This document shows positions 20,684-30,299 of a stretch of DNA of 64,000 nt, piece by piece. The DNA is from an uncultured bacterium. GTDB taxonomy: Bacteria > Zhuqueibacterota > QNDG01 > DTFT01. The notes beneath the pieces are model-generated. The model made no database searches and was not told the origin of the DNA. It saw only the letters and a program-made list of their open reading frames with translations. The translations under genes were made by a program, and so were the position numbers. The stretch spans positions 201,111 to 265,110 of the forward strand of contig CAVTNR010000008.1 in NCBI GenBank assembly GCA_963736115.1. The letters run 5' to 3'. How positions within the stretch are numbered: the stretch's first letter is position 1; the number at the start of each line of letters is the position of its first letter.

Positions 20684-20772
20684 AGTTCATAGTTCATGGT
20701 TTATAGTTCATAGTTAAAAAGAGTTTTTCAAATGTCTTTCCGACTATGAACCATGAACTATGAACTATGAAC
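20684..20772. repeat. Heptamer-arm inverted repeat, overlapping the predicted tadA start
   Basis: Same family; the right arm contains the ATG at 20760. Confidence 0.85.
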
Positions 20773-21284
20773 CTGCAAAAGAGTCGGAGTCCGCGGATTC
20801 CGACTCGGTGTGGATGCGCTGGGCGCTCCGGGAGGCGGAAAAGGCCTTCGAGGAAGGCGAGGTTCCGGTCGGGGCCGTGATCGTGTCCGAAAACCGGATC
20901 ATCGGACGGGCGCACAACCAGACGGAAACCCTGCAGGATCCGACGGCGCACGCCGAGATGATCGCCATTTCAGCCGCGGCCAATACGCTCGGATCCTGGC
21001 GGCTCGAGGGTTGCACGATGTACGTCACCCTGGAGCCGTGCGCGATGTGCGCGGGCGCGGTCGTTCTGTCGCGCATCCGGCGCGTGGTGTTCGGGGCTTT
21101 TGATCCGAAGGCCGGGGCATGCGGATCCCTGCGCAACCTGGTGCAGGACGCGAGACTGAACCACCGGGTCGAACTCACCTCCGGCGTTCTGGACGCGGAG
21201 GTTTCGAACCTGATGAAGGCGTTCTTTCACAATCTGCGCGATGTCAAACGAAGCCGCAGGCAGGCCGGCGGGGAAGAGAATTAG
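20760..21284 (+). CDS. tadA: tRNA adenosine(34) deaminase
   Basis: GEVPVGAV, DPTAHAEM, TLEPCAMCAGA, DPKAGACGS. The start is uncertain (20760 or 20814). Confidence 0.93.
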   Translation: MNYEPAKESESADSDSVWMRWALREAEKAFEEGEVPVGAVIVSENRIIGRAHNQTETLQDPTAHAEMIAISAAANTLGSWRLEGCTMYVTLEPCAMCAGAVVLSRIRRVVFGAFDPKAGACGSLRNLVQDARLNHRVELTSGVLDAEVSNLMKAFFHNLRDVKRSRRQAGGEEN

Positions 21285-21328
21285 TCCTTCCCGCGCGGAT
21301 GGAAACCCATCCGTCCGGTTCGTATTCC

Positions 21329-21416
21329 GGAGAGGTGCGAGAGTGGTTGAATCGGACGGTCTCGAAAACCGTTGTCCCTATAAACGGGACCGTGGGTTCG
21401 AATCCCACCCTCTCCG
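21329..21416 (+). tRNA. tRNA-Ser (CGA)
   Basis: GGAGAGG...CCTCTCC-G; long variable arm; anticodon arm ACGGT-CT-CGA-AA-ACCGT. Confidence 0.95.
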
Positions 21417-21425
21417 CTTGATCAA

Positions 21426-21512
21426 GTTCATAGTTCTGAATTCATAGTTCATAGTTTTTAAGATGTCATCCCCGCGAAACTTGTCCCGGACCTGATCCGG
21501 GAGCGGGGATCC
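21426..21512 (+). repeat. Heptamer half-array followed by a GTCATCCCCGC...GCGGGGATCCA palindromic repeat
   Basis: The same composite recurs at 21654-21745; the GTCAT(C/T)CCCG...GG(G/A)ATCC family is also at 32929, 44936 and 45058. Confidence 0.75.
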
Positions 21513-21560
21513 AGGGGAGCGGGCGGGGAGGAAGAAGTCAGGCGGATTTGACAGTAACCC

Positions 21561-21648
<88 letters not shown>

Positions 21649-21779
21649 AATACAGTTCATGGTTCATCGTTCATAGTTTATAGTTAAAAGAAGAGTCCTT
21701 TCAGCTTTGGGGATGTCATCCCCGCACTCTTCCAGAGGGGATCCGGGGCGGGGCGGAAAAAACACTCGACGTTTAAAAT

Positions 21780-21852
21780 GGGGCAGTAGCTCAGCTGGGA
21801 GAGCGGTACGTTCGCAACGTACAGGCCGGCGGTTCGATCCCGCTCTGCTCCA
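21780..21852 (+). tRNA. tRNA-Ala (CGC)
   Basis: GGGGCAG...CTGCTCC-A with G3:U70; anticodon arm GTACG-TT-CGC-AA-CGTAC. Confidence 0.95.
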
Positions 21853-21858
21853 CATCAT

Positions 21859-22135
21859 GAGGCCGTGCTAGACGGGGAGCCTAGCGGTGCCCTGTAACCC
21901 GCAATCCGCTCCAGCAGGGTCGAATTCCCTTCCAGAGACTGCGCAAGAACCACTCCCTGATGGCGCGCCGGCGTTGATGGTCCGAGCTCCTGCGCAATGG
22001 GAGGCCGCCGAACCCCGTCAGGACCGGAAGGTAGCAGCGGTAAGCGGTTTGAACATGTGCCGCGGAACCGCTTGGCCGGAGCCGGCCGCCACTGGGGATT
22101 GGCGCTTCAGGAATCGAAGGCGGGCGCACAGCCTC
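21859..22135 (+). ncRNA. ffs: Large (Alu-domain-containing) signal recognition particle RNA
   Basis: 5' GCCGTGCTAGACGGGGAG..TAGCGGTGCCCTGTAACCCGCAATCCGCT resembles the Bacillus scRNA 5' domain; helix 8 motif CAGGACCGGAAGGTAGCAG; termini pair (GAGGCCGTGC/GCACAGCCTC); located upstream of dnaX. Confidence 0.92.
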
Positions 22136-22162
22136 TTTCATCTCACCCGAAAGCGTGATCCC

Positions 22163-23917
<1,755 letters not shown>

Positions 23918-23937
23918 CCCCACGAAGGAGTTTTTGA

Positions 23938-24282
23938 ATGGCCAAACCCAACATGGCGGATCTTTTCAGGCAGGCGCAGAAACTCCAGGACGATCTCGCC
24001 CGTGCGCAGGACGCGATCGGGGAGATGACGGCCGAAGGAACGGCCGGCGGCGGCATCGTATCCGTGACCGTGAACGGAAAGCAGAAAGTCCTTTCCGTGA
24101 AGATAGACCCCGAGGTTTTTGAATCGAAGGACGCGGAGATGCTGGAGGACCTCGTCACCGCGGCCGCCAACCAGGCCATCGAACGGTCGCAGGAGATGGC
24201 CAAGGAGGAGCTCGGCAAGGTGGGCGGCGGAATGCTCGGGATGATGCCGGGCGGGATGAAACTGCCCGGGCTGGGCTTTTAG
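23938..24282 (+). CDS. ybaB: YbaB/EbfC nucleoid-associated protein
   Basis: QAQKLQ...GTAGGGIVSVTVNG...EMLEDLV; lies between dnaX and recR. Confidence 0.93.
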   Translation: MAKPNMADLFRQAQKLQDDLARAQDAIGEMTAEGTAGGGIVSVTVNGKQKVLSVKIDPEVFESKDAEMLEDLVTAAANQAIERSQEMAKEELGKVGGGMLGMMPGGMKLPGLGF

Positions 24283-24289
24283 GCGGAAC

Positions 24290-24889
24290 GTGAAATACCC
24301 GTCCGAAACACTGGCCCGGCTCATCGAGGCCTTCACCCGGCTCCCCGGCATCGGCGAGAAATCAGCGCAGCGGATCGCCCTGCACCTGCTCCGCGACGGC
24401 CGGGCCGACGTGGAAACCCTGTCCCGGGCCATCCTCGCGCTCAAGGAAAAAGTCGGCCGATGTTCGATTTGCTTCAACCTCGCGGAGGAGGACCCCTGCG
24501 CGATCTGCACGGACCCCCAGCGGGACCGGGGCGTGGTCTGCGTGGTGGAGGACCTGAAGGATCTCCTGGCCATTGAACGGGCGGGCGGGTACCGGGGCCT
24601 GTACCATATTCTCGGAGGCGTGCTGTCGCCCCTGGACGGCGTCGGCGAGGACGATCTCCGGATTCGGGAGCTTCTCGGCCGCGTTGGCCCCGGTCTGCGG
24701 GAAATCATCGTGGCGACCAACCCCACCATGGAGGGGGAGATGACGGCGGGGCACCTGCTGCCCCTGCTCAAGGCGAAGGGGATTCGGGTCACCCGCATCG
24801 CGCGGGGCATCCCCTTCGGCGGCGCGCTCGAGTTCAACGACGCGGTCACCGTGGCCAAGGCCATGGACGGCCGCGTGGAAATGGAGTAG
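24290..24889 (+). CDS. recR: Recombination mediator RecR
   Basis: LPGIGEKSAQR, CSICFN...CAIC, Toprim ATNPTMEGE, GTG start. Confidence 0.95.
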   Translation: MKYPSETLARLIEAFTRLPGIGEKSAQRIALHLLRDGRADVETLSRAILALKEKVGRCSICFNLAEEDPCAICTDPQRDRGVVCVVEDLKDLLAIERAGGYRGLYHILGGVLSPLDGVGEDDLRIRELLGRVGPGLREIIVATNPTMEGEMTAGHLLPLLKAKGIRVTRIARGIPFGGALEFNDAVTVAKAMDGRVEME

Positions 24890-25155
24890 CCCCGGCCGCG
24901 ACGGCGCGGAACCCGCCCGCGGACCCGGGAAGGCAGGGCGCATCCGCCCGCCGGTCCGGTCACCGGAATTTCTCAATCGGGCGGCCAGAAGCCTGTTCAT
25001 TCTGGTTCCAGTTATATTGGATGATCGGAGATCGGGCTTCTGGCCGCTCCGACGGGTCCGATTTAACGCCGCCTGCGGCGACGATCATCTAAATTCTCTG
25101 TGATACCTCGCAGCGGGCGGCGGTGTCCTTCTTCGGATAACGCAAGCGTGAAGCC

Positions 25156-25773
25156 ATGAATCTGCCGAACCAACTTTCCATCCTGCGCATTCTGCTCACG
25201 CCGATCTTCGTGTCGCTGCTCTTCGTGGAGCACCTGCCGTTCAAGATCGCCGCGTTTGTCGTATTCGTCGCGGCCACCCTCACGGATTACTACGACGGAT
25301 ACGCCGCGCGCAAATACAACATCATCACCATGACGGGCCAGTTCCTGGACCCGCTCGCCGACAAGATCCTTGTTTCCTCGAGCCTCATCAGCTTCAACGT
25401 GCTGGGCTATGTGCCGACGTGGATGGTGCTGGTCATCGTGATCCGGGACTTCGCCATCACCGGATTCCGTTCCTATGCCATTCTCAAGGCGAAACCCATT
25501 GTCACGCACCGGCTGGCCAAGGCCAAGACCTACATGCAGATGGTGGTCCTGTACGGGGTTTTCCTTTATCATCTGGCGGTTTGGCCGGAGCCCGCGTCCC
25601 GGTTCGAGCCTTTTCTCGTCAGGATCCAGGAGTGGAACGTGCTGTACAACCTCCTGCTCGGGGTCACGGCGCTGACCGTCATCACGGGCGGCCTGTATCT
25701 CGTCGAGAACCGCTCTCACATCAAGGCCATCGCGCGCAACATAGTCCGCATCTTTCTCCCCTCGGATGGCTGA
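25156..25773 (+). CDS. pgsA: CDP-diacylglycerol--glycerol-3-phosphate 3-phosphatidyltransferase
   Basis: MNLPNQLSILR; D-x2-DG-x2-AR-x8-G-x3-D-x3-D motif. Confidence 0.92.
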   Translation: MNLPNQLSILRILLTPIFVSLLFVEHLPFKIAAFVVFVAATLTDYYDGYAARKYNIITMTGQFLDPLADKILVSSSLISFNVLGYVPTWMVLVIVIRDFAITGFRSYAILKAKPIVTHRLAKAKTYMQMVVLYGVFLYHLAVWPEPASRFEPFLVRIQEWNVLYNLLLGVTALTVITGGLYLVENRSHIKAIARNIVRIFLPSDG

Positions 25774-26275
25774 GCATTCCCGCCTCATGAGCCGCATCGC
25801 CCGACTCGCGGCCACCACCTTCGGGACCGGGCTGTCGCCTGTCGCGCCCGGAACGGCCGGCAGTCTTGTCGCGGCCGCGGCATTGGCTTGGGCCGGAAGC
25901 GTGCGGCCGCTCCCGTCTTGCTCCGTTTGGCTGGCCGCGGTTCTCGTTCTTCTCTTTTTTGCGGGCAAATGGGCGTCGGACGTCGTGGAGGCGGATGAGG
26001 TGAGGGCCGGCCGGGGGAAGGACCCGTCCATGGTCAACATCGACGAGGCCTTCGGCATGGGCGTGTCCGCGCTGTTCTGGCCGAACGGCGCGTCCATCGC
26101 CTGGCTGATCCCGGCGTTCCTGCTGTTCCGGCTCTTCGACATCGTGAAGCCGTTTCCCGCGAACCGCAGCCAGTCTCTACCCGGCGGATGGGGCATCATG
26201 GTCGATGACCTGATCGCGGGAGTGTACGCCAATCTGGCACTGCAGATCGTCATGAGAATAATATTTAAGTTGTAG
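25766..26275 (+). CDS. pgpA: Phosphatidylglycerophosphatase A
   Basis: GLSPVAPGTAGS, DPSMVNIDE, FRLFDIVKP, GIMVDDLIAG. Confidence 0.92.
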   Translation: MAEHSRLMSRIARLAATTFGTGLSPVAPGTAGSLVAAAALAWAGSVRPLPSCSVWLAAVLVLLFFAGKWASDVVEADEVRAGRGKDPSMVNIDEAFGMGVSALFWPNGASIAWLIPAFLLFRLFDIVKPFPANRSQSLPGGWGIMVDDLIAGVYANLALQIVMRIIFKL

Positions 26276-26389
26276 GTCCGATATGCCTCGCGCATCGGCG
26301 CGAGGCTATCGGACATTCATAAATCGATGTCCGATGGCGGCAGATGTCCGAAAGCCTCGCTGAAAAGATGCGAGGCATTCCGGACATAC
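26272..26389. repeat. Inverted REP doublet (REPIN-like) of the GTAG family
   Basis: Forward copy 26272-26315 (its GTAG supplies the pgpA stop) and reverse copy 26345-26389. Confidence 0.8.
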
Positions 26390-26449
26390 ATGGTTCAATG
26401 GTAAATTGAAAAGCGTCCATCGTCGTTGTTTTGATTAATTCCATTCGAT

Positions 26450-27694
26450 ATGCCAATCACCGCTGAAATCATAACAATCGGTTCCGAACTTCTCACCGGC
26501 CTGACGGTGAACACCAATGCGGCGTTCATCGGCGAGCGCCTGACGGCCGCGGGAGTGGATGTCCGTGCGGTAGCGACCGTGGACGATGACGAATCCGGCA
26601 TACGGGCCGCCGTGGAAACCGCCCTGTCGCGGGCCGGTCTGGTCATCTGCACGGGCGGGCTCGGCCCCACGAACGACGACGTGACCAAAAAGGCCGTGGC
26701 CGCCTGCTTCGGCCGGGAGCTGGTCCTCTTGCCGGACGCAATGGCCCGTATCGAGGCGGCTTTCCGCGCCATGGGCCGCGACATGGCGCCGGCCAACCGC
26801 CTGCAGGCCCTGATACCCGAAGGCGCGGAGCCGGTCCCGAATCCGGTCGGCCAGGCGCCGGGCTTCATCCTTTTCCGGGACGGCCGTATGCTCATCGCGC
26901 TGCCCGGGGTTCCGTCCGAGATGCGGGCCATGATGGACGAAACCGTTGTCCCCAGGCTGAAGGCCCAAGGCGGAACCGCGTCCGCCGTGCTGGCGCTCCG
27001 CACTTCCGGCCTTCCGGAATCCGACGTCGGCCGCAAACTTGAGGATTTCCCCTCCCTGTTCCCGGATGTGCGCGTGGGGTTCTATCCGGACAGCACGGGC
27101 GTCACGGTGCGCCTGATGACTTTCGGATCTTCGGCCGAGGCCTGCGAAAACAGGGTCCGGCAGGCCGGAGAGACCGCGGCGGACCGGCTCGGACCGGCGG
27201 TGTACGGGACGGGAAGCGATTCCCTGGAATCCGTGATCGGACGCCTGCTGACGGAAAGCGGCCGTTCTCTGGCCGTGGCTGAGTCGTGCACCGGCGGGCT
27301 GATCAGCCACAGGATCACCAATGTGTCCGGCAGTTCCGCCTATTACGTGCGCGGCGTGGTGGCCTACCGTAACGATGTCAAGACCGCTTTACTCGGCGTG
27401 CCGCGGAACCTCCTGGAGAAGCACGGCGCGGTGAGCGCGGAATGCGCGGCCGCCATGGCCGAGGGCGTGCGATCCGCGGCAGGGACGGATTTCGGTCTTT
27501 CCGCCACAGGCATCGCAGGCCCTTCGGGCGGGAGCGCGGAAAAACCGGTGGGACTTGTTTTCATCAGCTGCGCGGATGCTTCCGGAACCGTGACGGAGAG
27601 GCACCGGTTTCTTCGCGACAGGCTGTGGAACAAGGAAAGGTCCGCGACAGCGGCCCTGGACCTGCTCCGCCGCCGTCTGCAGGGTTTTGTGTAA
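26450..27694 (+). CDS. cinA: Competence/damage-inducible protein CinA (MoCF domain plus NMN deamidase)
   Basis: IGSELLTG...NTN, TGGLGPTNDDVT, LPGVPSEM, AESCTGG, TGIAGP. Confidence 0.94.
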   Translation: MPITAEIITIGSELLTGLTVNTNAAFIGERLTAAGVDVRAVATVDDDESGIRAAVETALSRAGLVICTGGLGPTNDDVTKKAVAACFGRELVLLPDAMARIEAAFRAMGRDMAPANRLQALIPEGAEPVPNPVGQAPGFILFRDGRMLIALPGVPSEMRAMMDETVVPRLKAQGGTASAVLALRTSGLPESDVGRKLEDFPSLFPDVRVGFYPDSTGVTVRLMTFGSSAEACENRVRQAGETAADRLGPAVYGTGSDSLESVIGRLLTESGRSLAVAESCTGGLISHRITNVSGSSAYYVRGVVAYRNDVKTALLGVPRNLLEKHGAVSAECAAAMAEGVRSAAGTDFGLSATGIAGPSGGSAEKPVGLVFISCADASGTVTERHRFLRDRLWNKERSATAALDLLRRRLQGFV

Positions 27695-27792
27695 ATGCGG
27701 AACCCGGGAAAACCCTTTTCGCGGTGCCGATCCGTCCGAGCCGAGCCGGGGATTTGGGGCTTGCTTTTCACCCGTAAATTTATAAATTTTAG

Positions 27793-28377
27793 ATGAGTGT
27801 GCCTGACGTGAATGAATCGGTCCGGACCTTTATCGCGGTTCCCGTGCCGGATTCCGTACGCAGGAGCATCACGTCCCTTCTCGCGCCCCTGAAACGGCTG
27901 GATGCGGACGTGAAATGGGTGCGGCCGGAGAGCCTGCATCTGACGCTCAAGTTTCTCGGAGACGTTGAAACCGGCCGCGTCCCGGCAGTGGGGGACGGAG
28001 TGGCCGAAGCCGTCGCGGGAGAGCGGGCCTTCAGTCTTCAGCTCGGCGGGTCCGGATTCTTTCCGAACGCGAAACGGCCCGCCGTGATCTGGATCGGCGT
28101 GACCGAAGGAGCCGGCAGTTTAACGCGACTGGCGGAGGCGGTTGACGCCGCGGCCGTCCGATGCGGTTTCGAGGCCGAAGCCAGGCCGTTTTCCGCCCAC
28201 CTCACCGTTGGCCGGGTGCGCTCTCCCCGCGGAATGGACCGTCTCGTCCCGCTCCTGTCCGGGAGCCGGTACCAGAGCGAGCCGTTCCCCGTCGACGTCG
28301 TCCTGATCATGAAAAGCGATCTACAGCGCACCGGAGCGGTTTACACCCCGTATCGAACCATCCAATTGAAGGATTGA
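27793..28377 (+). CDS. thpR: RNA 2',3'-cyclic phosphodiesterase (2'-5' RNA ligase family)
   Basis: Two HxT motifs (LHLTLKFLG, AHLTVGR); RTFIA. Confidence 0.92.
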   Translation: MSVPDVNESVRTFIAVPVPDSVRRSITSLLAPLKRLDADVKWVRPESLHLTLKFLGDVETGRVPAVGDGVAEAVAGERAFSLQLGGSGFFPNAKRPAVIWIGVTEGAGSLTRLAEAVDAAAVRCGFEAEARPFSAHLTVGRVRSPRGMDRLVPLLSGSRYQSEPFPVDVVLIMKSDLQRTGAVYTPYRTIQLKD

Positions 28378-28380
28378 AAG

Positions 28381-29445
28381 ATGGCTGAAAACGCGAACAC
28401 CGAAAAACGCAAGGCGCTTGACCTGGCGCTCTCCCAGATCGACCGGCAGTTCGGCAAGGGGTCGATCATGCGGCTCGGAGAGAACTCCGGGACCATCCCC
28501 ATCGAGGTCATTCCGACCAGCTCCCTGGCGCTCGACGCGGCCCTGGGTGTGGGCGGCGTTCCCCGCGGCCGCATCATCGAAGTGTACGGCCCGGAATCAT
28601 CCGGCAAGACCACGCTTGCGCTGCACATCATCGCGGAGGCGCAGCATCTCGACGGCATCGCCGCGTTCATCGACGCGGAGCACGCCATGGACGCGAAATA
28701 CGCGAAGGCCCTGGGCGTGGACACCGACAACCTCCTGGTTTCCCAGCCCGACACCGGCGAGCAGGCGCTCGAAATCACCGAGACGCTCGTCCGCTCGGGC
28801 GCGCTGGATGTGGTCGTCATCGACTCGGTCGCGGCGCTGGTGCCTCGCGCGGAAATCGAGGGCGAAATGGGCGACGCACAGATGGGACTTCAGGCCCGCC
28901 TCATGTCGCAGGCCCTGCGCAAGCTCACGGGCGCGATCAGCAAGTCCAACACCTGCGTCGTGTTCATCAACCAGATTCGAGAGAAGATCGGGGTTATGTT
29001 CGGCAACCCCGAGACCACGACGGGAGGCCGCGCGCTCAAGTTCTATTCCTCGGTACGCCTCGAAATCCGCAAGGTCCAGCCCATCAAGGACGGCACGGAC
29101 ATCATCGGCAGCCGCACCAAGGTCAAGGTCGTCAAGAACAAGGTCGCGCCGCCGTTCAAGGAAATCGAATTCGACATCCTGTTCGGCCAGGGCATTTCGA
29201 AGACCGGCGAGCTGGTGGACATGGGGTCCGACCTGGGCGTTCTGGACAAGAGCGGCACGTGGTATTCCTTCGGTTCCGAGCGCATCGGCCAGGGCCGCGA
29301 CAATGTGCGGAAATTCCTCCTCCAGCCGGAAAACAAGGACATCCTGCAGAAGATCGAGTCTGCGGTGAAGGAAAAGCTCGGTCTCGCCGCGGCCCCTCCG
29401 CCGGAACCGGAGAAGGAGAAGCCCAAAGAGAAGGCGAAACCCTAG
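28381..29445 (+). CDS. recA: Recombinase RecA
   Basis: [34 protein letters not shown]. Confidence 0.98.
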   Translation: MAENANTEKRKALDLALSQIDRQFGKGSIMRLGENSGTIPIEVIPTSSLALDAALGVGGVPRGRIIEVYGPESSGKTTLALHIIAEAQHLDGIAAFIDAEHAMDAKYAKALGVDTDNLLVSQPDTGEQALEITETLVRSGALDVVVIDSVAALVPRAEIEGEMGDAQMGLQARLMSQALRKLTGAISKSNTCVVFINQIREKIGVMFGNPETTTGGRALKFYSSVRLEIRKVQPIKDGTDIIGSRTKVKVVKNKVAPPFKEIEFDILFGQGISKTGELVDMGSDLGVLDKSGTWYSFGSERIGQGRDNVRKFLLQPENKDILQKIESAVKEKLGLAAAPPPEPEKEKPKEKAKP

Positions 29446-29448
29446 GGC

Positions 29449-30120
29449 ATGGAAGAAGACGTTTTCCGCGTCACCGCGATTGAGCGGCAGAAGCGGAATC
29501 CATCCCGGGTCAGCGTGTACCTCGACGGCACGTTCGCGTTCGGAATCGACGACGAGGTGCTCTTTCGCCACCCGATACACGAGGGTGACGAACTCCGCGA
29601 GTCGTTCGTCGACGAGGTGCTCCTATCGGACGAGCGGGTTCGGGCCAAGGCCAAGGCCCTGCGATTGCTCGGCCGCCGCGCCCTGACCGCGGCGGAACTG
29701 CGGGACCGTCTCGAGGACAAGGATTTCTCGGACCGCGTCATCCGGCTCGTGATCGGGGATCTGTCGGCGGTCGGACTGCTGAATGACGCGGCCTTTGCTG
29801 AATCGTTCGTCCACGACCGGATGATGCTCAGGCCCTGCTCGAAACGGATGCTGGTGATCGAGCTGGTGCGGAAGGGTTTGGCCGAGGAGGAGGCCGGCCG
29901 CGTCGTGGACGCGTCCTACGGCCCGAAAAGCGAGGCGGAAGTGGCCGGTGACCTGGCGCGGAAAAAGGCGCGGTCCCTGACCGGGGAAGACCCCCGCCGC
30001 GTGCGGCAGAAGGTGGCGGATTTCCTGTTCCGCAGGGGTTTCGAATGGGACATCGCCTCGGAGGCGGTGCTCCGGGCCGTTGAGGAGACGACGGGCGGGG
30101 AACAGAACATGGACGATTGA
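29449..30120 (+). CDS. recX: Regulatory protein RecX
   Basis: Follows recA; ALRLLGRR...ELR, LLNDAAFA, FLFRRGF. Confidence 0.88.
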   Translation: MEEDVFRVTAIERQKRNPSRVSVYLDGTFAFGIDDEVLFRHPIHEGDELRESFVDEVLLSDERVRAKAKALRLLGRRALTAAELRDRLEDKDFSDRVIRLVIGDLSAVGLLNDAAFAESFVHDRMMLRPCSKRMLVIELVRKGLAEEEAGRVVDASYGPKSEAEVAGDLARKKARSLTGEDPRRVRQKVADFLFRRGFEWDIASEAVLRAVEETTGGEQNMDD

Positions 30121-30147
30121 AGATCGACGATTTTCGATTGTCGATTT

Positions 30148-30246
30148 GTAGGTCCGAAATGCCGAGCCCTCCGGGCGAGGCTTTCGGACATCGGTTCATA
30201 AACGTCCGATAGCCTCGCGCCCATGCGCGAGGCATATCGGACCTAC
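30148..30246. repeat. Inverted REP doublet (REPIN-like), GTAG...CTAC
   Basis: GTAGGTCCGAAATGCC...TCGGAC, a short spacer, then GTCCGATAGCC...GGCATATCGGACCTAC. Confidence 0.85.
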
Positions 30247-30299
30247 AATGGGATCGGTTTTTTCCTTGAACTTTGAACTTTGAACTGGATCATCCGACC

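Noticed and set aside
21887-22162. N-terminal extension of DnaX in the ORF track
   Set aside because: Overlaps the SRP RNA; the canonical DnaX start is at 22163.
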